In this document: in pieces, positions 15,336 to 24,696 of the stretch | How the letters are laid out: each line of letters starts with the position of its first letter | Numbering within the stretch: the first letter of the stretch is position 1 | Assembly: GCA_016179765.1 (NCBI GenBank) | Contig: JACPCL010000029.1 | Coordinates: forward strand, 10,333 to 74,332 | DNA: 64,000 bases | Reading direction: 5' to 3' | DNA from: Chloroflexota bacterium | Lineage (GTDB): Bacteria; Chloroflexota; Dehalococcoidia; Lucifugimonadales; JACPCL1 | Notes under the pieces: generated by a model | The model's input: the letters and a program-made list of their open reading frames with translations, nothing else | Databases searched by the model: none | What the model was told of the DNA's origin: nothing | Position numbers and translations under genes: made by a program

Positions 15336-18300
15336 ATGAACTGCACAAGATGTCAGACAGCTAACCCACCCGGGGCGCGGTTCTGCATGAGCTGCGGAGC
15401 ACCCCTGCCTTCGGCGTGTCCGGCCTGTAGCGCTGCCGTCCCGGCCCAGGCACGCTTCTGCCCCCAGTGCGGCCATCAGTTGCAACCAGCGCCCCCGGCA
15501 GCGCAGGCGGTTCAAGGCCAGCCGGCGCTGCCGTCCCAGATGGGCCTGCACCAGTACATCCCCCCAGAGCTTCTGGCCAAGCTGGAGTACGCGCGCGCTC
15601 ACGGCGGCATGTTGGGGGAGCGCCGCATCGTGACCATGCTCTTCAGCGACGTGCGCGGCTCCACTTCTGCGGCGTCTAGCCTTGACCCGGAAGAGTGGGC
15701 CGAGATCATGAAGGGGGCCTTTGAATACCTCATCGCGCCGGTCTACCGGTACGAAGGCACCCTGGCCCGCCTCATGGGCGACGCCATCCTGGCCTTCTTC
15801 GGCGCACCCATCGCCCACGAGGACGATCCCCAGAGGGCCGTTCTGGCGGGCCTAGAGATCCTGGAAGGCATCGCCCCTTTCAAAAAGCGGGTGAAAGAAA
15901 AGTGGGGGCTGGACTTTGACGTCCGCATCGGCATCAATACCGGCCTGGTGGTGGTGGGCGAGGTCGGCTCCGACCTGCGGCTGGAGTACACCGCCATGGG
16001 CGACGCCATCAATATGGCGGCCCGCATGGAGCAGACCGCCCAGCCAGGCACGGTGCAGGTCTCCGAGAGCACGCATCGTCTCATCGCCCCTCTCTTTGAG
16101 GCCCAGGACCTGGGGTTGATAGAGGTCAAGGGGAAAACGGAGCCGGTGCGCACCCACCGCATTGTTGGGCCAAAGGCGTTGCCTGGGCAACTGAGGGGCA
16201 TTCAAGGGCTGCAATCCGTCCTGGTGGGCCGCGATGCCGAGCTTTCCACTCTTCGCCAACGGGTTGACGAGCTGCGAAAGGGGAATGGCCAGGTGGTTTC
16301 GGTCATGGGTGAAGCCGGCCTAGGCAAGTCCCGGCTCATTGCTGAGGTGCGCCGCTGGCTCACCGACGAGGGTATCATTGCGGGCCGAGAGGCCCAGGGC
16401 AACGGAAGCGCGGCCTCTGCCGGCCTCCCGGCCATCACCTGGATAGAAGGCCGCTCCCTCTCCTACGAAACCTCTACCCCCTATGCGCCCTTTGTGGATA
16501 TGCTGACAGAGTACTTTACCTTGCGGGGAGATGAGACGGACGACGCCAAGTATCAGAAGATTACCCAGCGTCTTGCTGCCCTTGCTCCTGGCAAGGTGGA
16601 CGACATCGCCCCGTTTCTGGCTTCGGTGTTGGAGATGAAGCTGGACGGCGAGGCGTTGGAGCGTGTCCGCTACCTGGAGCCACCTCTGTTGCGGGGCAAA
16701 GTGTTTGGTGCGGTGCAGGAGCTGGTGAAGGCCCAGGCCTCCTATCAACCTCTGGCCCTGGTGTTTGAAGACCTCCACTGGAGCGACTCTGCCTCCTTGG
16801 AGCTTCTGGAGCAGCTCCTGCCCCTGACCGACCAGGCGCCCCTGATGCTCCTGGCTGTGTTCCGCCCTCAGCGGCAGGAGCCCTCATGGAGGTTCCATGA
16901 GCTAGCCTCGCGCGACTACGACCACCGGTATACACCCATCCAGCTAGAGCCTCTGGGCGAGGAGGAGACTCGCTCCCTGGTGTCCAACCTGCTGCACATT
17001 GAAGGTCTGCCGGAGCGGCTGCGCGCGCTCATCCTCCAGAAGTCGGAGGGCAACCCCTTCTTTGTGGAGGAGGTCATCCGCTCCCTGCTGGACTCGGGCG
17101 TCGTGGTCCGGGAAGGCGCTCACTGGCGGGCCACCCGAGAGATTGAGGGGATGGCCGTGCCGGACACTATTGCCGGCGTCCTCACCACTCGCCTGGACCG
17201 TCTGGAGGAGGAGGCTCGCCGGGTTATTCAGACGGCCTCCGTCATAGGGCGGGAGTTCCAGTACGAGACGTTGCGTCTGACGCACCACCCTCCGGAGGGG
17301 CTGGAGATGGCTCTGGCCGACCTCCAGCGTCGCGGCCTGCTGCGGGAGAAGAGCCGTATCCCAGAGCGGTTGTACTCCTTCAAGCACTCCCTCATTCAGG
17401 AGACGGCCTACGCCTCTCTGCTCATGAGCCGCCGGCGGGAGCTGCACTTGCGCACCGCCGAGAGCATCCTGCAATTGGACCCCAAGCGGGTGGGGGAGAT
17501 CGGGCGCCACTATTTGGAGGCGCGAGAGTACGCCAAGGCCCTGCCCTATTTGGTGCAGCAAGGGGAGCGCGCCGCTCAAGCCTCCTCAAACCCGGAGGCC
17601 ATCTTCCACTTCCGCAAGGCCCTGGAGATCCTGGCAACGGTGCGCGACGCCTCATTGGCTCGGCGCGCCCACGCCGGCCTCGGCGGCGCCCTTGCCTTCT
17701 CCTTTGACGTGCCAGGAGCCGTGGACACCTTTCATATGATGATCCATGAAGCGGAGGTCTTTGGTGACCTCCCCATGAAGGTTTCGGCCCTGAACAAGCT
17801 GGGGCGCATCACCGCCGTGATGCAGGGGCAGTTCCCTGAAGCAGAGAAACATTTGATGGAGGCCGAGCGTCTGGCGATTATCTCCCAGGACCTTCCGGGG
17901 CTTGCGGAGCTCCACATGAACTACTGCATCATTCGCACCATCTCTGGGGACATTGACGGCGCACTAGACCACCAGCGGCGCGCCATGCGGCTTGGCGATA
18001 CACCCGATCTGACAGAGGCGCGGTTGTTTGGCGCTAGCCACTGCGCTAATAGCCTAACCTTCCTCACCCGCTTTGACGAGGCATTGCCCCAGGCAAGGCA
18101 GGCCCTAGCCGCTGCGGAGGAGGCGGGGAATCGTCGCTTCATTACGGAGCCTTTGATCTTTGCTATTCCCTGGTGTCGTCTCCGTCTGGGAGAGTTGGAG
18201 GGCGCCCGAGAGGAGGCGATGCGGGGTATTGAACTGGCCTCCCAGATTGGAGCGGTGGACAATGTAGGACTGGGTTCCTATACATGGGGGCTCATCGCCC

Positions 18301-19043
18301 GGCTAGAGGGGCGGTACGAGGAGGCTATGGCCTTTCTGAGGCGCGCCATTGAAGCGAGCCGTGCCTCTGGAATGCTCTTTGTGGAGGCGGGAGCGCTCTG
18401 CGCCTTGAGCAGTTGCTATTTTGCCGTCAACCCCAAGAACCTGGACCTGGCGATGGAGTTCTCTGGCCAGGGCGAACGGCTCATGGAACATCCCTTTGGC
18501 CTGACCATGGCTGCGCAAAGCTGGACGGACATGGGCTTCTGCGCTCTCAAGCTGGGTAACCAGGAGAGGGGCCATGACCTCTTCCAGAGGGCCTTGAATG
18601 AACGAACTACCATGCGATACCTGCTGCGTCCCGCAGCCATCGTGGGACTGGCGCAGGTATCTCTGGCCCGCGGAAACACGGAGGAGGCGTCCCTTCTCGC
18701 CGAGGAGGCCAGAGCCTTTGCCGTTGAACGAGGGATGCGGCACTACTTCCCCCTCACGAGCTTGGTGCAGGCCAGAGTGGCCCAGGCCCAGGGTGACATA
18801 CCAGGATCCCTGGATTGTCTTGCCCAGGCGGAGGCCCAGACCCTGGCCATGAACATGCGCCCCATGGCGCTGGAGGTCCGTTTGAACATGGCCAGCCTGC
18901 TGGCCGCCACGGGGCAACGCCAGGGGGCGGAAGAGAAGCGCGTCGCGGCCCAAAGCACGATTGAGGAGATGGCCCACCTCTTCCAGGATGGGAGGTTGCG
19001 AGGGCAGTTCCTTGAGCATACAAAGGCATTGCTCGCGGAGTGA
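15336..19043 (+). CDS. Double zinc ribbon + class III adenylate/guanylate cyclase + AAA_16/STAND ATPase + TPR protein
   Basis: CTRCQ...CMSCG / CPAC...CPQCG; cyclase motifs MLFSDVRGST, GDAILAFFGAP, RIGINTGLVVVGEVGS, YTAMGDAINMAARME; P-loop GEAGLGKSR; Walker B FEDLHWSD; about 500 aa of helical-repeat C-terminus. Confidence 0.85.
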   Translation: MNCTRCQTANPPGARFCMSCGAPLPSACPACSAAVPAQARFCPQCGHQLQPAPPAAQAVQGQPALPSQMGLHQYIPPELLAKLEYARAHGGMLGERRIVTMLFSDVRGSTSAASSLDPEEWAEIMKGAFEYLIAPVYRYEGTLARLMGDAILAFFGAPIAHEDDPQRAVLAGLEILEGIAPFKKRVKEKWGLDFDVRIGINTGLVVVGEVGSDLRLEYTAMGDAINMAARMEQTAQPGTVQVSESTHRLIAPLFEAQDLGLIEVKGKTEPVRTHRIVGPKALPGQLRGIQGLQSVLVGRDAELSTLRQRVDELRKGNGQVVSVMGEAGLGKSRLIAEVRRWLTDEGIIAGREAQGNGSAASAGLPAITWIEGRSLSYETSTPYAPFVDMLTEYFTLRGDETDDAKYQKITQRLAALAPGKVDDIAPFLASVLEMKLDGEALERVRYLEPPLLRGKVFGAVQELVKAQASYQPLALVFEDLHWSDSASLELLEQLLPLTDQAPLMLLAVFRPQRQEPSWRFHELASRDYDHRYTPIQLEPLGEEETRSLVSNLLHIEGLPERLRALILQKSEGNPFFVEEVIRSLLDSGVVVREGAHWRATREIEGMAVPDTIAGVLTTRLDRLEEEARRVIQTASVIGREFQYETLRLTHHPPEGLEMALADLQRRGLLREKSRIPERLYSFKHSLIQETAYASLLMSRRRELHLRTAESILQLDPKRVGEIGRHYLEAREYAKALPYLVQQGERAAQASSNPEAIFHFRKALEILATVRDASLARRAHAGLGGALAFSFDVPGAVDTFHMMIHEAEVFGDLPMKVSALNKLGRITAVMQGQFPEAEKHLMEAERLAIISQDLPGLAELHMNYCIIRTISGDIDGALDHQRRAMRLGDTPDLTEARLFGASHCANSLTFLTRFDEALPQARQALAAAEEAGNRRFITEPLIFAIPWCRLRLGELEGAREEAMRGIELASQIGAVDNVGLGSYTWGLIARLEGRYEEAMAFLRRAIEASRASGMLFVEAGALCALSSCYFAVNPKNLDLAMEFSGQGERLMEHPFGLTMAAQSWTDMGFCALKLGNQERGHDLFQRALNERTTMRYLLRPAAIVGLAQVSLARGNTEEASLLAEEARAFAVERGMRHYFPLTSLVQARVAQAQGDIPGSLDCLAQAEAQTLAMNMRPMALEVRLNMASLLAATGQRQGAEEKRVAAQSTIEEMAHLFQDGRLRGQFLEHTKALLAE

Positions 19044-19177
19044 TACCAGATGGAGGGCGCGGTGATGGTCTTCCTTTTGAGTTCATGACCATTACCGTGC
19101 CAAAGCCAACACCACTGCAGTGAATGAACGGTGGACGCTGCGTCCTTCACCCATCCCACAACCGAGGTTGCGACATC

Positions 19178-20833
19178 ATGCCCAGCCCTGTCATCCTTCT
19201 GGTGGACGATGAACCCCAGGTCCTGAGTGCGGTAGAGCGCGACTTGCGTCGCCACTACCGTAACGAATACCGTTTTGTCCGGGCCGCCTCGGGCGCAGAG
19301 GCCCTGGAGGCTACCAGGCAGCTCAAGCTGCGCAGCGACCCCCTGGCCCTCTTCCTAGCAGACCAGCGCATGCCCGGGATGAGCGGCACCGAGTTCCTCA
19401 TAGAAGCCCGCAAGCTCTACCCGGAGGCCAAGAAGGTGCTCCTGACCGCCTATGCCGATACGGAGGCGGCCATCAGCAGCATCAACACCATTGGCCTGGA
19501 CTACTACCTGATGAAGCCCTGGGACCCACCGGAGCAGAAGCTCTACCCCGTCCTTGACGACCTGCTGAGCGAATGGATATCCACCGTGCAGATGCCCTAT
19601 GACGGGATACGCGTCGCTGGCACTCTCTGGTCCGCTGCCTCCCACCAAGCCAGGGACTTCCTCTCCAGCAACCAGGTGCCTTACCAGTGGCTGGACATTG
19701 AGAAGGATGCTCAGGCCCGGACGCTGGTGGAGGCGGTAGACAAAGACCTCTCCCACTTGCCGGCCATCATCTTCCCTGACGGCTCAACCCTGCTGGCCCC
19801 TGACCTGCGCACCCTTGCCGCCAAGGTCGGCCTCATCACCCAGGCCACCAAACCCTTCTACGACATCGTTGTCATCGGCGGCGGCCCCACGGGCCTGGCC
19901 ACCGCCGTCTATGGCACGTCGGAAGGGATGCGCATCGCCCTGGTGGAGCGGTACGCCACGGGCGGCCAGGCCGGGGCCAGCTCCATGATTGAAAACTACC
20001 TGGGCTTCCCCAGGGGCGTCACCGGCTCAGAGCTGGCCAGGCGGGCCACGACCCAAGCCAAACGCTTCGGCACCGAGATCATCACGGGAGTGGAGGCCAC
20101 GGGCATCCGGGTGGATGGCTCCTACCGGCACGTGACCCTCTCCGACGGCAACGAGCTGTCCTGCTACGCGGTGCTGCTGGCCACAGGGGTCCTGGCCTCC
20201 CTGCTGGACGTGCCGGGGCTTGAGGCCCTGACCGGCGCCGGCGTCTATTACTCCGCCGCCGTCACCGAGGCCTCCCACTACCGGGGCCAGCCCGTCTTTG
20301 TGGTAGGCGGCGCCAACTCCGCTGGCCAGGGCGCCATCTTTCTGGCGCGCTACGCCAGCAAGGTTGGCCTGCTGGTGCGCCGCGCCTGGCTTGACCAGTC
20401 CAAATACCTTCGCGACCAGATTGCCGCCACGGAGAACATCCAGGTGCACTTTAGCACCGAGGTGGCCGCCGTCCACGGCCAGAGGCGCCTGGAGCGCATC
20501 ACCGTCAGGAACAGCGAGACGGGGGCGACACAGGAGTTGCCCGCAGCGGCCATGTTCATCTTCATTGGCGCCCGGCCCCACACGGACTTTGTGGCAGACT
20601 TGGTGGAGCGTACACCAGAGGGCTTCATCGTGACCGGCGAAGACCTCTTTCACGATGGCCGCCGGCCCAAGGGCTGGACCCTCAAGCGCGACCCTTACAT
20701 GCTGGAGACCAACGTGCCAGGCATCTTTGCCGCGGGCGACGTGCGCCACGGCACCATCAGCCGCATCGCCACCGCTGTTGGCCAGGGCGGCATGGTGGTG
20801 AGCTTTGTAGAACAGTATTTGAAGACGGTGTGA
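19178..20833 (+). CDS. Fused response regulator / thioredoxin-reductase-like FAD oxidoreductase (no redox-active CxxC)
   Basis: Receiver ILLVDDE...LFLADQRMPGMSG...MKPW; FAD motif VVIGGGPTGLATA; NAD(P) motif VVGGANSAGQ; GIFAAGDV. Only one Cys in 551 aa. Confidence 0.8.
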   Translation: MPSPVILLVDDEPQVLSAVERDLRRHYRNEYRFVRAASGAEALEATRQLKLRSDPLALFLADQRMPGMSGTEFLIEARKLYPEAKKVLLTAYADTEAAISSINTIGLDYYLMKPWDPPEQKLYPVLDDLLSEWISTVQMPYDGIRVAGTLWSAASHQARDFLSSNQVPYQWLDIEKDAQARTLVEAVDKDLSHLPAIIFPDGSTLLAPDLRTLAAKVGLITQATKPFYDIVVIGGGPTGLATAVYGTSEGMRIALVERYATGGQAGASSMIENYLGFPRGVTGSELARRATTQAKRFGTEIITGVEATGIRVDGSYRHVTLSDGNELSCYAVLLATGVLASLLDVPGLEALTGAGVYYSAAVTEASHYRGQPVFVVGGANSAGQGAIFLARYASKVGLLVRRAWLDQSKYLRDQIAATENIQVHFSTEVAAVHGQRRLERITVRNSETGATQELPAAAMFIFIGARPHTDFVADLVERTPEGFIVTGEDLFHDGRRPKGWTLKRDPYMLETNVPGIFAAGDVRHGTISRIATAVGQGGMVVSFVEQYLKTV

Positions 20834-22227
20834 TGAAGGACATCTTGAGGAAAGTCCCCCTCTTTGCCGGCCTGGCCGAGGCTGACCTGGAACACCTCTG
20901 TCGCCTGGCGGAGGAGGTCCACCTGCCTGCGGGCCAGGTGCTCTTCCCAGAAGGCAGCGCCGGGGACAAGGCGTACGTTATCCTGGAAGGGGAGGTGGAG
21001 GTGGTCAAGGAGTCCAGCGGTCGCGAGGTGCTTCTAGCCGTGCGCCCGCCGGGAGATGTCATTGGCGAGATGGCCTTGCTGGAGGAGACGCCTCGCACGG
21101 CCACCGTGCGCGCCCGCACGGACGCCCTGCTGCTGGCTCTGAGCAAGGAGCAGTTGGATGCGTTGCTGGCCACCAGCCTCTCCGCGGCCCAGGCCCTTTT
21201 CCACACCGTCCTCTCCCGCTGGCGCGCTACCGAGGCGGTCCTGCGCCAGAGCGAGCGTATGGTGCAGCTTGGCACGCTCACGGCAGGGGTGGCCCACGAG
21301 CTGAACAACCCTGCCGCCGCCGTGAAACGCAGCGCAGACCAACTCCTGGAGGCCCTGGCCGCTCTGGAAGAGGCGCGAAGCGTGTGGGAGTCCCAGGCCC
21401 CACGGGAGGAGCAGCGGCGCACCCTCCAGGCCATGGCTCAAGCACAAGAGGAGGCGGTGGCGCACCCCCTCCACCTTGACCCGATGGCCCGCAGCGACCG
21501 CGAAGCGGAGCTCCAAGAGTGGCTAGAAACGCGTGGGGTGGAAGACGCGTGGGACATCGCCCCCAACCTGGTCTCCATGGGACACGGCCTGGAGGGAGTG
21601 AAAGCCATGACCGGAGAGTTCCCGCCGCTTCAGCTTGGGGCTGCCCTGGGCTGGCTCGTCGCCACGTACAACGTGTGGAGCCTGGTCTTTGGCATCGGCC
21701 TTGGGGCTGGGCGCATCTCCGACATCGTCAAGGCCCTGAAGTCATACTCTTACCTGGACCAGGCGCCAGTCCAGGACGTGGATGTGCAGGAAGGGCTAGA
21801 CCAGACCCTGCTCCTTCTGGGACACAAGCTAAAGTCCAACATTACGGTGCGGCGAGAGTACGCGCCGGCTCTGCCGAGAATCCACGGCTACGGCAGCGAG
21901 CTGAACCAGGTGTGGACCAACATCATAGACAACGCCGCTGATGCCCTGGAGGGCCATCAGGGGACGATTGTCCTACGCACCAGGACCGAGGATGGCTGGG
22001 CTGTTGTGGAGATTGAGGACGATGGCCCGGGCATCAAGCCGGAGGTCCAGCCCCGCATCTTTGACGCCTTCTTTACCACCAAGCCGCCGGGCAAAGGCAC
22101 CGGGTTAGGGCTCAACATCTCCTACCACATCGTAGTGGACAAGCACCGGGGGGAGATCACCGTCACCTCGCAACCAGGCAAGACCTGCTTCCAGGTGCGG
22201 TTGCCGGTGGGGCCTTCCGCAAGATAG
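20830..22227 (+). CDS. cNMP-binding domain histidine kinase
   Basis: CNB domain (LFAGL..., GEMALLEETPRTATVRA), H-box GVAHELNNPAAAV, N-box NIIDNAADA, DDGPGI, GKGTGLGL. The ATGA overlap with the upstream gene implies an operon. Confidence 0.85.
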   Translation: MMKDILRKVPLFAGLAEADLEHLCRLAEEVHLPAGQVLFPEGSAGDKAYVILEGEVEVVKESSGREVLLAVRPPGDVIGEMALLEETPRTATVRARTDALLLALSKEQLDALLATSLSAAQALFHTVLSRWRATEAVLRQSERMVQLGTLTAGVAHELNNPAAAVKRSADQLLEALAALEEARSVWESQAPREEQRRTLQAMAQAQEEAVAHPLHLDPMARSDREAELQEWLETRGVEDAWDIAPNLVSMGHGLEGVKAMTGEFPPLQLGAALGWLVATYNVWSLVFGIGLGAGRISDIVKALKSYSYLDQAPVQDVDVQEGLDQTLLLLGHKLKSNITVRREYAPALPRIHGYGSELNQVWTNIIDNAADALEGHQGTIVLRTRTEDGWAVVEIEDDGPGIKPEVQPRIFDAFFTTKPPGKGTGLGLNISYHIVVDKHRGEITVTSQPGKTCFQVRLPVGPSAR

Positions 22228-22257
22228 GTGCCGGCCATCTCATCCTGGCGCAAGGGT

Positions 22258-22294
22258 GGGGCCAGTAGGGCGGTTTCGTCGCCCTACTGGCCCC
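22258..22294 (+). terminator. 15-bp perfect hairpin after the kinase gene (REP/terminator)
   Basis: GGGGCCAGTAGGGCG gtttcgt CGCCCTACTGGCCCC, followed by atgttgttctt. Confidence 0.5.
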
Positions 22295-22525
22295 ATGTTG
22301 TTCTTGGTGGGGATAGGTGCTTGCCATGCTCTTGTGTGATTGGGTAGACTTGGCAATCAGCGTAAAACGATGGGAGGGTGCCTGTGCCTCGTCCAAAGGT
22401 GTTCGCCACGTGGGTGCTGCCCAAGGAGGCGGAGGCAGACCTGGCCTTATCCTTTTTCTAGCAATCGGCTCCGTTGCACGTTGGTGGTTTTGTGACGCTG
22501 GGCAAATGACCCAGAGGAGGCAAGC

Positions 22526-23695
22526 ATGGTGTTGGCGCATAGGATGGCGAATCTTGGCACCGAGTCGGCGTTCACCGTACTGGCCCGGGCCAGGGAGCTT
22601 GAAGCTCAGGGCAAAGAGGTCATTCATCTGGAGATAGGAGAGCCTGACTTCGCCACGCCCAAGCATATTAGGGACGCCGCGGTACGAGCGTTGGAACAGG
22701 GCTACACGCACTACGTTCCTGCTCCAGGGTTGAGCGAGGTCCGACAGTCTATTGCCAGACACGCTGGCCAGCGCCGCGGTATTGAGGTGAACTGGCGACA
22801 GGTGGTCGTAACCCCCGGGGCTAAACCCATCATGTTCTTCACTATTCTGGCCCTGGCCCAGCGAGGGGTTGAGGTCATCTATCCCGACCCAGGCTTTCCC
22901 ATATACGAGTCCATGATCCGCTTCTGCGGCGCGCGGGCCGTGCCTATGCCGCTGCTGGGCGAGAACGACTATCACCCAGACCTGAAGGAACTGGCCAAGA
23001 AGATTACGGACCGCACGCGGCTGATCATCTTGAACTCCCCCAACAACCCTTGCGGCTCTGTGCTGAGCAAGGAGGAGATTTCGGCTATTGCGGTCATGAT
23101 AAGGAGGCATCCAAATCTGTACGTCCTTACGGACGAGGTGTACAAGGACATTCTGTATGAGGGCAGTCACTACAGCATCGCCTCCTTACCCGGCATGAGG
23201 GACAGGACCATCATCCTGGACGGCCTCTCCAAGTCCTACGCCATGACGGGATGGAGACTGGGCTACAGTGTGTTTCCGGAGGCGCTTACTGATCATATCG
23301 TCAGGTTGGCCGTAAACAGCGTGTCCTGCGCCACGGCGTTCTCCCAGCGAGCCATCATTGATGCCTTAGAGGGTCCCCAGGAGAGTGTGGCTGCCATGAA
23401 GGATGAGTTCCAGCGAAGAAGGCAGGTCATTGTTGAGGGCCTTCGTAGCATCCCTGGCATCAGTTGCCCAATGCCGGAGGGCGCTTTCTATGCCTTTGCC
23501 AACGTTGCCAAGACTGGCCTGTCCAGTGACGAGTTTGAGCGCAGGGCGTTGAACGAAGCGGGGGTGGCGCTGCTCTCCGGTAAGAGCTTTGGGCGATATG
23601 GAGCAGGGTACGTCCGGTTCTCCTACGCCAACTCGGTGGAGAACCTGCAAAAGGCTGTAGGGCGACTGAAATCCTTTGTAGAAGGAATCGGGTAG
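22526..23695 (+). CDS. Class I/II pyridoxal-phosphate aminotransferase (aspartate aminotransferase-like)
   Basis: IHLEIGEPDFATP, NSPNNPCG, SKSYAMTGWRLGY (PLP-lysine motif). GAGGAGG RBS. Confidence 0.85.
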   Translation: MVLAHRMANLGTESAFTVLARARELEAQGKEVIHLEIGEPDFATPKHIRDAAVRALEQGYTHYVPAPGLSEVRQSIARHAGQRRGIEVNWRQVVVTPGAKPIMFFTILALAQRGVEVIYPDPGFPIYESMIRFCGARAVPMPLLGENDYHPDLKELAKKITDRTRLIILNSPNNPCGSVLSKEEISAIAVMIRRHPNLYVLTDEVYKDILYEGSHYSIASLPGMRDRTIILDGLSKSYAMTGWRLGYSVFPEALTDHIVRLAVNSVSCATAFSQRAIIDALEGPQESVAAMKDEFQRRRQVIVEGLRSIPGISCPMPEGAFYAFANVAKTGLSSDEFERRALNEAGVALLSGKSFGRYGAGYVRFSYANSVENLQKAVGRLKSFVEGIG

Positions 23696-23721
23696 GCCAA
23701 AGGCTATGGGCTAACTTCCGA

Positions 23722-24510
23722 TTAGAAGAACTCGTCCAGAAGCATGAAGTACGAGAGCTTGGCCCAGTCGGGCGACGCCAGGCCGTAGGCGTCAAAGAGG
23801 GTTTGCTCGTAGCCGGGCCCCAGATTGAAGCGGATGCTCCTGACGGCCAGGGCGATGTCCTTGTAAGGGTCGCCTACCCCACCTCTCCCCCAGTCCACGA
23901 ACCCGCTGACCCGTCCATCCTGGATAATCACGTTGGGCAGACAGTAGTCGCCGTGGGTGAAGGAGGCGTGTTCCTGGTTAGGGCGGGTAGAGAGCACCTC
24001 AGCCAGCATCTCATCTACCTGCATGCCCAGGCGCATGGGGTCAAAGTTGGCCGGGTCTACCAGGCCAAGGGCCGCGCGATGCTGGGCCTCTTCAATCTCC
24101 ACGGCCAGGGTCCGGTCAAAGGAGCAGCCTGCCATAGAAAGGCTGTGGACCTGGCGCAGTCCCTGGGCCAGCAGCCTGACTAGCTCGCGCTTGTCTTGCG
24201 TATCCGCCTGAGCTAAGGTGGCGGCGTCAACGCCCGGCACCGCGCTCATCAGCAGATAGTCACTCCCACCCTCCTCTACGTAGGCGATAACCTGGGGCGC
24301 CCGCAGCTTGCCCTGGAGCCATTCCAGCACCTTTTTCTCCTGAGAGAGGGAGTGTATTGTTGCCTGGCTGTCCATTTTCAGATAGAAGGTTGGACTCCCA
24401 GGCTTTTCAAAGCGGAAGGTCCTTGCGGTGGACTTGCCTATGCTCACGGCGCGCCACTGGTAGCCAGAGACCAGGCTCTGGACGTTCTTGGGTAAGGCGC
24501 GTTCAACCAT
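23722..24510 (-). CDS. aph: Aminoglycoside 3'-phosphotransferase family, APH(3')-like
   Basis: FTHGDYCLPNVII (HGDxxxxN), FVDWGRGGVGDPYKDIA, and C-terminal ...YFMLLDEFF closely parallel the APH(3')-II pattern as I recall it. Confidence 0.8.
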   Translation of the reverse strand: MVERALPKNVQSLVSGYQWRAVSIGKSTARTFRFEKPGSPTFYLKMDSQATIHSLSQEKKVLEWLQGKLRAPQVIAYVEEGGSDYLLMSAVPGVDAATLAQADTQDKRELVRLLAQGLRQVHSLSMAGCSFDRTLAVEIEEAQHRAALGLVDPANFDPMRLGMQVDEMLAEVLSTRPNQEHASFTHGDYCLPNVIIQDGRVSGFVDWGRGGVGDPYKDIALAVRSIRFNLGPGYEQTLFDAYGLASPDWAKLSYFMLLDEFF

Positions 24511-24575
24511 GGCCCAGCCTGCCGCTATCTAAGCAGAGCGTTTAGTGTCCTGTAACTGAAATACCTTTACGAATT

Positions 24576-24696
24576 GTCATTGCGAGGAGGCGGCAGCCGA
24601 CGAAGCAATCTAGAGGAGGGATGACCCCGCCGCCAGATTGCCGCGGCCCTCCGAAGCCTGTGGTGAGAACCTTGAACCATCGGGCCTCGCAATGAC
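24576..24696. mobile_element. MITE-like element with perfect 12-bp TIR gtcattgcgagg/cctcgcaatgac
   Basis: 121 bp. An outer imperfect inverted repeat ctgtaactgaa (24550) / ttcagttatag (24710) also flanks it. The interior aligns with the copy at 35181. Confidence 0.7.
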
